A stretch of DNA of 64,000 nt from Botryllus schlosseri (lineage: Eukaryota): assembly GCA_051294905.1 (NCBI GenBank), contig CM119381.1:16058001-16122000 (forward strand), in the 5' to 3' direction. The notes below the pieces were generated by a model, which searched no databases, was not told the DNA's origin, and saw only the letters and a list, made by a program, of their open reading frames with translations. The position numbers were made by a program, and so were the translations under genes. Every line of letters begins with the position of its first letter. The first letter of the stretch is position 1. This document shows positions 1 through 13,300 of the stretch, piece by piece.

Positions 1-1104
1 TAATTTATATGCCGCACCTCAGAAGTTCTATATTGCTTGAGAAAGAAGCCTCACTGCCTCAGCGTCAAGGCGAAAAATGAAAGACAAAAGATCGAGAACA
101 AATAAAAGATCATTAGCCGCCTCAAAATTGAACTTTTCGATCTTTCGACGAAGCATAATCAGCGATAATATCTTCGAAATCAAGTGTTTGAACGTATAGT
201 CTCTTTCTATAGAAAGAATCGATACAGCTGATAGTCGATCCTCACTCACGTTGGTCGTGATTTGCCGTCTCTTCGTGCTGTGTGTACTGTGTAGTGTGCG
301 CCGAGACGTGAAGCATACCCATCGTCATGGGAATGCACGGTGATTTGATATGAACAGAACATTTTGTTGTATTCATTTCTCATTCATAATTTCATTCAAT
401 TTTCAAGTTTTTGCGAATTCAGTAATTGTAATCTAATTTGGAAAAATACTGTTGCCTGATCATCAAAGACGTTATATTGCGCTGTCGAGAATTCGCCTCA
501 ATGCCTATGTACTGCAGATGTCCAATTTCAGGCCGGATTCAAGAGTGTACCTGACCTACAATTCACACATCATCAAAAAGAGTTTTCAAAATACTTTAAT
601 TAAAAACATTTCCGGATTTCATTTTCTCCTGTTTCATTTTAAATACGGATAGCAACTTAACGCTATATTGCGCTCTCGGGAATTTCCCTCAATGGCTAGG
701 TACCTATGGGGCTCTCGGATTATCCACCAATCAAGGAAAATCCGAGAATTATCCACGTAAAACTCAAATAACTCCGCTTCCACTAGTTGGAATTGAGTCA
801 AATTTGTTTTACATCGTTTTTGAAGATGACTCAACGCATTCACGGGGTTGACAGAGAAATTTGATATAAAAAAAAATATTTTCCTTAATAACTTAAAATA
901 TAAATTGGCTCTGTGGCGGCGTACACTTGTTGGAATTGAACCAGGTTTGGTGTGCAGCGTGTTTTACGGTAACCTGACGATTTAATCAGTGAATGGCTGG
1001 AATCCGAAAAATATTTTTGAACAGCGCATATTGCCGCCCCTTGCACTTGCAGCCTGTCACCCCTGTCACAAAGCCAGAACCGCCAAGGGGGTGCTACGCC
1101 ACTG
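1..1104 (-). mobile_element. Degenerate hAT element, ZMYM1/THAP12-type transposase C-terminal relic at 122-250
   Basis: The minus strand reads SEDRLSAVSILSIERD, then after a frameshift LDFEDIIADYASSKDRKVQF*. A TIR-like end gctacgccactg lies at 1093-1104. The other end is outside the window. Confidence 0.65.
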
Positions 1105-1656
1105 CCTATAGGGTGTTCAGTTCACTGTTCAAACAAACTTGGATACTCTGATTGATTTGATGATTTAGAAAAATTAGGTAATATAATTGTACCTTACATG
1201 TATGTACTTGTACGGATGTCGTAAAGTACAGCCTAAGTTATGTTCATTGTTCATGTCACACGGCCAAGACTATATCTTCTTGCGCGAAAATGTTAGAGCC
1301 TTATAGGCCGAGACCAACGGGTTCAACATCCCCAGACTAAATCATCCTAGCGGCTCCAAGCCATGTACTACGAATATGCCGTTCTCTCACAATTAAGTCA
1401 TATTTACCAAATTATCTAGGGCCCCTTCGAGCTTGGGCCACAACTGGGGGGGATAAGGCTGTTACGGTCTTGAAAATAATACAATGATGCAGTGGTTCTT
1501 AACCTTTTCGACATCGCGGCACCCTTTGAAGATTAACAATAGTTCGCCGCACATTAGCACAGGGGTTCTCAACGTTTTTTGGCTTACGACACCTGTAAAA
1601 TACCTGCGTACTTGGCAGCACCACGTAGTCGCACAGAGGTGGTCCATGACGGATTA

Positions 1657-2615
1657 GGGGGAGATGTGGTACCGATGAATCAAAAATTGAAAAATGATCT
1701 CTGGCCCCCATATCTTCAGCCGAGAATAGCGGATCTTTTGCTGTCTCAACACTTTGACACAAGCTCCAACTATCGCGGGCATTTACGTGGATATCCTCCT
1801 TTTCATAAATTTTTCTATAAACGTTTAGAATTTGTTGCTCGAACGTATCATCGGTCCCCACCCGGTGGGTCCAATAGCACACGACCATGGGACCTATGAG
1901 ACATACGCTCAAAACTCGAATTTTTCAACTTGTTTTGTTGTGTACTATAATTTAACCTGCAGCATGCCAACGAACAATGTTTTCGTCGCCACCTACAAGG
2001 ATAAAATACATTATATCAACTCAAATGTTGGAATAAAATCACGTTTGGATTTCCGCCGAAACTTACAAAATTATTGCCACATACATCTTGCCGGAAAATC
2101 GACATTTTGTCTTTCAAATACCCCGTAATAGCGATAAAACACCACAGGTAACTATATGATTTACAGCCTCTATATATGTAGGCGTGTTTCTGTTGTAAGT
2201 GATTAGTTGGTCAAACTATTTTGCTTGATTTGGCTATGGTGCCATAGGTCCCCCACCCTATAAATATTGTGATTGAATTGAAAATAGTCCCCTCGAGGAT
2301 GGTATTGATCCAAAAAATATGTGACATTATATCCCTGATAGAAGCTCTATAATTCACATTAAAAATTATTGTGGGTTTAGTAGTCTGAAAGGTGATATAG
2401 AAAAACGTGTGGATCCAAATTTACTTTGCACCCCCTAAAACCTAAATCATTTGTCACAGATCCCATAACTCACGCAGGTCGAAGTTTTTTGCATGTGAGG
2501 AAAGATTTTGCCAGCATGCCATTGTAGACAAAGTCGCGTACTGGAATCATCGGATTATCACGGAGAATTTTTCAAGTATTTTCGGTCTCAGTGTCTCATC
2601 GGTACCACTTCTCCC
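1657..2615. mobile_element. Non-autonomous TIR element flanked by TA (Tc1/mariner-like target site; superfamily unassigned)
   Basis: TA|gggggagatgtggtaccgatg ... catcggtaccacttctccc|TA. Confidence 0.7.
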
Positions 2616-3526
2616 TACTTCTACTTATTAGACACACTCAAGTAGGCTTTGCTCTGCTTAAAATAAGATATTACGGTATATTCTATATCTGCAAACATGT
2701 CACAAATTTGTCTACGAATGGAATCATTTGACATGGGAATCGTTTTCAATCCCTCCGCCTCTGTGTTCCCAAACATTTATTTTACAATTCTAGTGCAAGC
2801 CGGAAGAATAAATTTCTTCCCGTCCATGTGCGGTTTTGAATTTTTAGCTATTACCTCTGGTACCCTTGCCTGCACGATCTCGTTGAAACTTCGAGCTGCG
2901 CTTTGATACTATTTCATAAGATTCGTTTGATGACAATACACTCTGCCCACTACCGCATTCTCGATGTAATTAACCATTGCACCAAAAAGGCCAATCACGG
3001 TCGCCGCTAACCAATACAGAACAGAGGGTCAGAGGCGTAGGCCAATGATGCTAAGCGCATTACCACGCAAATCGCTCGCATTAGTTCCGACAAACCGAGA
3101 TAATGACCTCAGCGGCGGGGAAATTTGCTAACTGAAATAATTTGATCAACTTTACATTCTCAATTCGCCTGCAACATAACGTTGCGCTCCGAGCCTACAT
3201 TTTAACCGCAGTCCCGGTACGCTGACTGGCTGAATAATTATCGAAATGTGGATGGCTTTTCGAATTTGTAAACGTGAACATCACTTCCAAAGGAGTTCAG
3301 AAAGGCAAAGAGGATTTGAAAACTGCATTTTCGCACAGGCGCCGCATTGTCCGCTCTTCTCTGCGATCAATCAACGTATTGATATTGTGCAAAACAGCAT
3401 TGAGTCTTCAAGGCACGGGATATGTCGTTGTCGGGTGAAGCGAATTCGCGGGGGATATTGATTGCGTGCATGACAACAATTTTGATGTTTCAAATGTGCA
3501 AACTTCACACCGAGCATGATTTATAT

Positions 3527-3990
3527 CAGGGGCGGGCAACTTCTCCGGTCGGCGGGTCGGATATGGGAAAATGAAGTACTTGATGGGCCGGATTACAGAA
3601 TTAATCGCGTATTTATTTACCTATACAATGAATAAATCGTATCTAATGTAAACTTTAAGTTTAAAGCATAGAGACCAAAATCAGTATTAATGAATTTATT
3701 AGCAAACGATGATGAAGTCAATCAGAGAACTTTGCTCGATCAAAGTTGTCAACGAGTTCTTTGAAGTCTGGCTGCATGTCGTATGTAGAAACTGCAGGTG
3801 AGATGAACATCAGTTATAGTGGAGCGCAGCCTTGTCTTGTTAATGTTCGTGGTCGAAATGTATGCTAGCAAATGCATGTAGACCCGAACAGAGCAAGTAG
3901 TTTCATGATCATCTTTCTCAGGTTGGCAAACTTGGATTCATTCTGTGACGCATAAAATTTGTCGATACTTTCGTACGTTGCCCGTCTCTG
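3527..3990 (-). mobile_element. hAT deletion derivative with a GTF2IRD2/SPIN-like dimerisation-domain relic at ~3800-3942
   Basis: TIRs caggggcgggcaac / gttgcccgtctctg; perfect TSD ATTTATAT (3519-3526, 3991-3998); minus strand KFANLRKMIMKLLALFGSTCIC*HTFSTTNINKTRLRSTITDVHL. Confidence 0.9.
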
Positions 3991-4281
3991 ATTTATATTA
4001 TTGATTGTTTGCTAGAATATAATAATTTTGCGCATTCTTCAAAACTTCGAAGGAGTCTATCGCGGCACCCTTGCGAGACGTAAATGGCACACTGGTTGAG
4101 AACCAGTGGTATAGTGCATGGTAATGGTCAATGATAAAAATTTTCACCTGGAAAACTTCTCCAACCGTGAGCCTCATTTTGATAAACTATGCATCTGACC
4201 GCCGGATCACTGGGCAAATATCTTTTCAACAATGACTTGACGAATTGTCGAATCAACTATATGCGGTATTTGTCTGTTCAG

Positions 4282-4391
4282 GTAACAGCGTCATGCATTT
4301 ACGTCGCGGAACATTGGAAGACTACGCCGAGCTGTCGGAACTGAGATTGGCGAATAATAAGATATATTCGATTCAAGCTGGAACATTGAAG
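4282..4391 (+). CDS. LRR gene, first visible exon (starts phase 1 inside an LRR)
   Basis: ttcag|gt...aag|gtaata; NSVMHLRRGTLEDYAELSELRLANNKIYSIQAGTLK. Confidence 0.85.
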
Positions 4392-7300
4392 GTAATAGCC
4401 TATACAGGTCATGCAATTAAATTCTGTGGTCGGCTTGCAAATATGTGAACTCGTAACGCTTAATACCGGTGGTACATCAACATCGTTAAAGCAGGAATTA
4501 TGTAGGCCTACTACTGAGCACACGTAATAGCAAATGATGAGTAGGGCGATTTTTTTGACATGTCAAAAAATGACAAAATTGTTTACAAATTCAAAATTCC
4601 TTTGCACCCTGCATTTCGTTTGTCTCGTAGATTTTTCATTGTCGGTGAACTTATCATTTCACATTTTACAGCTTGTAGCCTACCTTATAGGCCAACCGTT
4701 GTAGACGGCCCATCGTCTGCTCACTGTGAATGATAAACATTCAAATGAGACAAATAGGTTGGCATGGTGTTACTATCGAATGTTAACATTCGATAGTGTT
4801 ATGTTCAATGTACCGTAATATCCTAACTGCAGCAGACTGCGTGCTGGGCATCGCATGGTTCTTATATTAAGAAGCGCGTGGTGAAAAATTATAATGTATA
4901 CACCATTGTCAGAATGAAGCAAAACGGTGTGTCACCAGCAGTGTACACATATCTTCAGTGTTGTCAGTCAACAACTGCTGCTGAACGTTCTTTCTCCATT
5001 CTTTGCAAGCTACTTAGTAAAGACAGCTACTTTCTACCCGATAATGTAGGAAAGTATCTTTGGTTGAACTACAACAAATTTTAATTATTTCTACCATACT
5101 ACGTGATGTAACTACTGGGATTCTTCATAGGGTCAGATTTCGTTGAAATATATTTTTTTCATGTTATAATTTGACAGTTTTTGAGTCAAAAAAGTTTTTT
5201 CAAGTCAATATCTTCACTTCGTGAGGACAAACAGTTTCAACCAGAGTTGAAGATAAGTAGTACAATTTTAACATTATGCGGGAAGACACCTAATTTGCAT
5301 ACGTTAGGTCAAAATTTGGTCGATCTTTCTGTTTTTAGGTTAATAAATCGTCCTAATGATGGGCCATTGTGTATACAAATTTCATATTGGATGACATATC
5401 TTGCCTGCAATTTTGCAACTTAACTATGTCACTGTAAACTGAAAAATGGATATTCCTGATTTTCAGCGTGCGCTGCAATGTAAACGAAAATTTTATATTT
5501 CGCTGATTTCCCCCCTAATGTATAGGGTGTAAATTCGGTAAACGGCCCTTTCATGAACCACATTGTGCTTTCACACCCTCTCAATGGTTGAAACATGAGT
5601 CAAATACACCGGAACGTTTCATAAAGGGGATTTAGAACATCACAGAACCTAGACTACGGCCCCGGCATACACTAAAATTACACATAGTTTCCATCCTTGG
5701 ATGTTTCGAAATTATAACCAGTTTCCAGCCCAGCCCCCTATTTAACTCGCGCAAGTCGGAGTAACGATTGAGGATAGCTTCTGCCGGCTTGCCATTATTA
5801 ACAAATTTACAGAGTGGAACGATTGGTTTGTCCTAGTGTTTTCGCCCTAAGGTGTTGTTGTAACTAATGTGCATATGTATTAAACCAGGGGCAGGTAACC
5901 TATTTCAGCAAAAAGAACCATATTGGACCAATATTTTCAACGAGCAGATTATGTATCCACCGCAGGCTCCTTAGTCGCAGATTATTTAATAGCTCATGCT
6001 CAATTTTTCATCTTTGATAGAGGAATTAATTACTGGAAGTGAAGCCAGTATATGATGTCGTGGCACATGATACAGAGGTCATTTCGCATGAGATGAATGA
6101 GGATTAGGCATATACATCGTGCATGGCGTTCGTCAACTTTCATGGAAGTTGCTATAACTATATTTTTCAGAACAAAAACATGGAGAAGTTGAACTTAGAG
6201 GATAACAATATCCATTTTCTCGCAAACGAGACGTTTATTCATCTGCCGAATCTGCGCTTCGTCAATATCAGTAATAATCGCCTTAAGGAATTCCCAAATT
6301 TTGAGGAAAATATAGAATTAGAAGTTCTATCAATATCGAACAATAAAATATCTGCAGTAAAAGATGGAGCATTGAAACGTAAGACACATAATAATGCAAT
6401 TATACCTCGGACACGCATTCATTGGTGATGCTCTTCTTACAGATAACACAAACCTGCGCGAGATTTATCTAAGCTCTCTGAGTATCAAATACCTGACGAA
6501 GACTGTGCTTCCCGATGACAAGTCTAACTTTACGGTGGTGGACTTGAGGGATAATCAACTGTGGACAGTACCTAGCGTCATTAAAGAAATGAAAAACCTC
6601 GAAAAACTATATCTGTCCTCCAATCCTATCAAGGTACAGTATATACTACAGCATGGGTATTGAAATAATGTGGATACAGAATGCTTTTCTACAGCAGATC
6701 ACATCGACAGTTTCCACCGTACGGCTATACCTAGTCTAAAAGTGGCGAGATGCTTAGACCCAGGTAGACTTCAGAATCTCAACCTGAGCGTTGAAGGATT
6801 ATCCTCTCTCCTCTTCCCTAATCAAACCGCGTAAGCTAGGTGTTCTTAAAATATGATCCACGAACGCCAAAGCGGCCCGTGAACTAGTTTTACGGGTCCG
6901 TGAAAGGGTAGTGTTGAACTGCAAGAAACTAGAAATCCCGATTCCTATCCTTTGACAATGACGCCGTGAGTGCTATTGTGACTAATACCTTTTCTAGTGA
7001 TAGTCGTGGAATAGCCTTAATACCGTTGAGCTTAATGTGATGACCTTCCTATTTATTTTAGTCATAGGCTTCTGAAATTCTATGGGTACGCGAAACCGCC
7101 CACAGAATTTGAGGGGGTCCGCGATCAAAAAGTTTAAGAACCCCTGGCGTAAGCTGGTCACGTGTTCAAAGTCTGCAGCTCATGAATCACAACGAAGAAT
7201 ATCGGCTTGGTGTTAAATTAAAAAACGACCAATGTACTTATGTTTTTGAAAGACCATGAATACGAAAAAAACTGCAGCCCTATACCTAAACTGAAAGGAC

Positions 7301-10300
7301 TTGTACTGCCACCACTGTCCACAATATTTGTAGTGCTTTGCCCAGCAGGAACCCTCGTTGAAACCAACTAGAGTAGCCTATATTAATTAAAATGATTGAG
7401 TCGAGTGTGAAAATTCGAATGCGGGGAAGCTTATTATAATATCGGTAACATATAGGTGGCGCGATGCAATCTCGAATTTATGGTTACTTGGTCAGATAGT
7501 CGTGTGAATGAGATTGGTGTAGGCCTACTACTGTTGACAGGCATAATGAAATACGGGACTACAATTGTATTCAGTGTTTGCTAAAGGTTGTAACTACCAA
7601 GTCCCCCTTCACGAAGTCAGTTGGGGGAAATTCAACTATATGGTGAGACTGAGGCCCCCTTTGAGTGGTACTTGAATACTTAGGCTTATAGGACTCGACT
7701 GGTAAGCTATTACACTCGACTTCTAAACGATCCTGTATAACCGTGCCGGGAAGAGGTAGGATTACAATGCAATAAAAAAAACTACTACTGCAGTAGATAT
7801 CTGTTAGTATAATCAAATCGATTAAAAACGTGTGGGCGTTTCTTTTCAATGCGAGCACGCAAACCCAGAGGTGGTCGGTAACGAAGTACTTCTACTTTTT
7901 GGAAGTACTCAAGTAGTTTTTATCTACTTCTGGTACTTACTCAAGTAGACCTTATTTTCTCGACTTCTGCTTGGTAATTAGTGATCTACTTACTTACTTT
8001 ACGTTATTTTCAGTTTGTCAAGTAGAAGTAGTTTAATCCCCCAATACGAAAGATATCCTGAGGAATTTAGGGGCTGTTTTTACGGAGTACCAACATTTAA
8101 TAGTCATAAATGTCAAGAAAAGCTCATAAATTTTGTTGCGCTCCGCGCACAGCAGTTATGGAGTGGCAAATATGTTTTCACGAAAGTATCAGTGAATAAA
8201 ATTTAGGTACCGGACTGCTTGGTTCCGCTCACACCGCATTGTCGCCTATATCAAATATTTCAATACAATAAATAGGGTCCACCATAACGTTTGAAACTAC
8301 CGTTTTGCAATGTAGCAATTACCTACCATATAATAATCTATCAGCCGATAACGTGTCCTGCTAATCTGGAAAATCCGGCTTTTTTAAGGTTACACCTGTT
8401 TCAGCAGATCACCTTTGAAGCTTTATGGACAAAAGCCACGAAATATATTTCCCGCTTTTTATGTAGTGGCATTTGTATTTCAGTTTCAATTTTTTCAACG
8501 AACACAACAGTCATATTCGCAATTTATCCACTTAAAGCTTTTCAACTGACCCTCGTCGGGAGTGGCCGTCAGTAAATACGGAGATTGCAACTCGAAATAT
8601 AAAGATGAAATATAGGTAGTGTGACGTAAGAATGGTATAACAACAACAACAACAGCAACAACAACAACAACAACGAGAGAATTCACAAAACGCGAGCGTT
8701 GAGCAAAAATGCAATTAGTGCTATGCAAATTGAGTATCATACTTTAATTTCTAATTACTTCAATTCTTTTGTCTACAGAACATACATGTTGAAGCATAAA
8801 AGCAAGTGTTGTAATGCCTCTATTTTTCGAAAATAAAGCTACACTAAATATTAATTTTACGATTCACAATATTTGTTATTAACGTATACTAATCGCGCAA
8901 AATATTGATACCATATCCGATACAACTAGCTTATCCGTATTGCTCTCCGCGCCATGCCACGATATTGTCTAAAACCGGGCCTTCTAGCAAGCAAAGGGTT
9001 AGTACCGCATTTCCATATCAATACTATAATTCGCATCCCATGATGCGAAAGAATGCTTATTCTGCCGAAAATCGATTCCTCCTGGGTGCATCAATATACG
9101 AATCAAGTTCTTTGCACCTATACCGCATAGCTCAATTTGCAGCTTTTGTCAGTCCATGCGAACGAATTAAGACTGTTTTCAATACTACTTACTTACTTGA
9201 GTAGATTTAAAGTCAGTCAATTCTACTTCTACTTAAAGTAGTTTTAGGTGACTCATGAAACAAGTACTTCTACTCGTACTTGAGTATATTTTTTTCGTCG
9301 CTACTTCAACTTCTACTTGAGTAACTTTCTTGACTACTTTGACATCCTCTGCGCAAACCACGTACTTTCAACTGCAGACGTTCGCGTCTCAAGATTTTCG
9401 ACCACTCGGCAAGCTAAGAGCATTGGAGATGGCGAACGTCGGAATGAAGGAAGTACCGGAAAATTTATTTTGGTTGCCGCTACTGAAGCATCTTGACATA
9501 AGCCGTAACCAGATCAGTGGGAGTTCTCTGCGAAATATTCAGTTCTCCAACCTCGCGACCCTAAAAATGGATGGAAATCGTATTGGAATAGTTGGTTAGC
9601 AGTGATTTTATGAGAGTATCTTCTCGGTCAATCTTCTTATCAACCTGTATATTTCACTGAACAGCTGATGATGCCTTTGCGGGAATACCAAATTTGGAAG
9701 TGTTGGCCGCTAGCTCGTGTGATATATCCGTTGCGCAAGCCCGTGCATTCACCACGTTACTGAAGTTAAGAATATTGGATCTTAGTAGTAATAAGTACGC
9801 ATCGTAATGGCAATAATGATTTACAATTGCAATCAGTAGTAATGAAGTTGAAGCCTATATCTACTATCGGTTGTCGATCAAGGTTCATTTTGGGCTCTGT
9901 AAACATTTCAGCTTGAATACCCTCCCGACATTGCAAGAAAACAGATACCTTGAAGAGCTATTTCTCGACAATAACGAAATACAAGCACTGAATTTTAACA
10001 GTTTCAAGTAAGTTTTTTAAAAATATGTTTTTCTTTTTTTTCAACATCATTTGGTAGGTTATTATGGAGGAGCACATCAGTATATACTATGGGTCTACAC
10101 TGCAGTCAACATATTGATTATAATTTATAAATTATAATCACAGACACTCAAACTTTTTTGGACACCCCCCTTGATGACAGTGACAAAATTCGCGCCCCCT
10201 TATCGTCATATCAAAAAGTATTTAAAAGAGCAACCATGAATGTTTGCAATCCCAACGCATACTTTGATGGCATGAAAGGTTATCATTAGTGCAAGTTTTT

Positions 10301-13300
10301 GTCGCAGTTAAATCCGTGGAAAGTTGCATTTATTTTTCACAAAAGTTGCAGTAAAAAGTTGCATTTATTTTTTTCACAAAAGTTGCACCGAAAGACCACA
10401 TTTTGGTCGGTTGACTAAAAAAGGGTCAACTTTTCGGCTCAGCTCCCGAAATACGTTAGAGCGTTACTTCAGTGCTGATTTACGGTATTTCAGTCGAATT
10501 TGGCCGTATATTTCACCAAAATTCTCAAAAAAACAGTGACATAATCAAGCGATCTATTTACATATACTGCCAAATATTCCAGTAAAAAGTTGGTTGTATG
10601 ACGAAAAAACTTTCATGAAAAATCGAAAAAGTTGCATAATGTTGCAATATAAGATTCCTTCAAACAGCTTAAAACAGCATTCTACAAAACTTCCGAGTTT
10701 TGAGAAGCTGTAAAAAAAGTTGCAAAAGTTGCAAAATCTTGCCCTAGTTATCACTGTTGAGAGAACTCTCGATTATGAAATCCGGACTAGACTCGGGGCA
10801 ACAACTATGAGATGAAAGCAAATCGCACCGAGCGTGAAATTAATTTCAGTTGAATAGTTTGTCAAGAATGATCATGTTTAATGGTAGCATGTATAGCGCT
10901 AGCAGACACATTACAGATAGGCCTATTTAAGCGATTTTGGTGTCTGTTCCCTTCTATTTCTTAATTAGGTTTGGTTGAAACGTATAGCTGACCATAAGCT
11001 GAATCAAAAACCAATGGCGCTAGCCAGCACACGCCATTCAATCTCGGCCCTTCTTAGCGGGACAATTAATAATAATCTTTCTGTTCGGCAAGAGAATCAT
11101 TAGTTTGATCACTTTCGGGCCGCCATAAAATGAGCTGCTTAAGAGCTGCATTCCACAAAATGTGTCCTAATTGAGTATACTCGGAGGGGCTACACCGACG
11201 TTCTAAGCCACTTCGTTTTAAATCCATGTATCTTCTTTCAAAAAGCATATTATACATGATATATGGCTTGGTCCTAATAGCAAATATCTTATTTCTCCAT
11301 AAGTTTGTGTCTTTCTAAGTAATCGATCTGCATAGACATACAGACTGACAGATAGGTCACAGATGACCACAGATGCTTGACAGACAGGCCATAAAAGCAT
11401 CATCTAACTACACGCATTCACCAGCTAATCTTATTTCAAAAACATCTTCTGATCGGTTTAAGGTCCGGTTTCAGTCATAATCTAGCGTCAGTGTATGGGT
11501 ATTGCGACGCCACTATGACATTTAAATCGCAATTTAACTGGGACTAATGCCGTTATTTAAACTTGTAACTCTCAGCGAAAATTAAACTAATTACAAGTTC
11601 ATAAAATTTACTTCTCTCAGGTGACTTTTCGCGCCTCCTTCAGATGCTTTCACATTCCTCTACCAGTATGAGAACCACTGCTGTAGATTGTGACCTGAAA
11701 GGATAAGTCCGAAATACTCGGTGAAGTAGTCTATAAGTATATCAAACACTAACTTGTCAGCAAGTAGATAATAAATCAAGTTGATCAGAGGCAAGCACAA
11801 CACTTGCACCTGCACCGCAAATGAAAAACTGTTGAATTAAATTTACTCATGATGCAGGTCGACCTTCATTAAGTACAATTTATAAAAATGTGTTGACACT
11901 TCTCGATCACAAAAAATAAAACAGCACATCTAGGATTCAAACTCTCATAAGTAACAGAAAATTCACTATGAATTGTGATCTCGACTTCAGTTCGGTTTAT
12001 TAGCAACTTTTATCAGTTCAATACACCAGAAAAATTGCGACATAATGAAAAGATAGGAAGGTGTCGAAACGACTTGGAGTAGTTTTCGGAATCAGACGCC
12101 AACCTGGGCCTAGTCGATTTAAAGGGGAGGCATGCACACTGAATGAAAAGTAAAAGAAGATAGTATAGAAGTAAGCGACAAAATACGATGATTCGGGTCA
12201 TTCCTGCTACACAAAAGAGCTATAGTTTTTCTGCTCAATATTTATCACGTATTGTCATTTTCACTGCAGAAGAATGGAAAACCTAAGGCTGTTGTCGCTA
12301 GCTAACAACTCGTTAACTACTATTGGGAGATCATACCTTCCCGGCGAATTGACTATTACAACGCTTAACCTTTCCGGAAACAAATTTCAATCGCTTCCTG
12401 GGGCGATAGTGGACGAGTTGACTCGTCTGAAATCTCTCGACATGTCCGCGAATTCAATATACGGCGAATTTCCTCTTACGTCAATCTCAGGTGAACTACA
12501 TAATTTTGATGTATAACGAGTGTTTGTAATTTTTATGGTTAGTTCTTAACTCTTGACGTTCTTCAGATCTTGAAAACTTGCAAAGCTTCGATTTGAGGCG
12601 CAATAACATCAGCAAAATTTCGCCCGACACAGATACAATATTTTGGAGCATAGAGAAATTGTATCTTTGCGAGAACAATATCACCGAATTGGACAGCTCG
12701 GTTCTTGACAAGTGAGATATATACCTGCGATTATGTGTAGAACTTCATATGTCACTATGTATTGTAGGCCTATATGTATTGAAACATTCAGATTTCCCCA
12801 ACTTGAAGAGTTGTACGCTGACGGCAATTCAATCGAGACGATTTCAGATTCGAGTTTCTACTACAATCCGTTTCTTCGAAAGTTGTTTTTGAATAGCAAT
12901 TCAATCAAGGAAATTTCGGGCGATGCATTTTCACAATTAACCGAACTTGATGAATTGATGCTGATGGATAACAGTGTGAAGGTGTGTGGATCGGCGGTAA
13001 ATACGCGACAGAGGTGGTCCAACGTATTCGTTGACGTTAACTCAAATAGGAGCGGGATCGTGTTTACCAACGCGTATAGAAGTGGAAAACCGTAGATTTG
13101 AAAAGTGAACAATTGTAAATAATTCTGGAAAAGAGTCTTTTGAGTAATGATTCCAACTAACATGTGGCGGATTTCAAAGTTGCAGTTGGTAACGCATCTA
13201 CCAAACGAACACATAGGATGTCTAATATTGCGAAGAGGTGCACTTTCCAACTAATTTTTGGAAATAGTTGCGATGAGGAGCTATAGTTGCCAACAAAAAA

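Larger units (their letters stand above)
1490..4108 (-). mobile_element. Old Buster/Charlie-type hAT remnant (ZBED5/ZBED8-like transposase relic at ~2640-2850) with nested insertions
   Basis: The minus strand reads VIAKNSKPHMDGKKFILPACTRIVK*MFGNTEAEGLKTIPMSNDSIRRQICDMFADIE. The ends cagtggttcttaacc / ggttgagaaccagtg both carry a subterminal cgcggcaccctt. No TSD was found, so the outer limits are tentative. Confidence 0.6.

Noticed and set aside
478-570. PQCLCTADVQFQAGFKSVPDL resembling an LRRNT cap
   Set aside because: Bounded by stops, lacks the final Cys and usable splice sites, and lies in the hAT remnant; it overlaps one of two diverged ~44-bp direct repeats (470, 660) that are probably TE-internal
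1499-1912. Overlapping 137-aa and 106-aa ORFs
   Set aside because: They span TE junctions and contain no domain; treated as chance ORFs
2988-3050. Three CCAAT boxes as the LRR gene promoter
   Set aside because: Inside the Buster-type remnant with no linked first exon; could equally belong to the transposon
3422-3530. MSLSGEANSRGILIACMTTILMFQMC as the LRR gene's signal peptide exon
   Set aside because: No phase-1 donor and no LRRNT; it lies within a hAT remnant and runs into a MITE
8495-8740. Poly-Val and poly-Cys ORFs
   Set aside because: Artefacts of the (AAC)n microsatellite read on the minus strand
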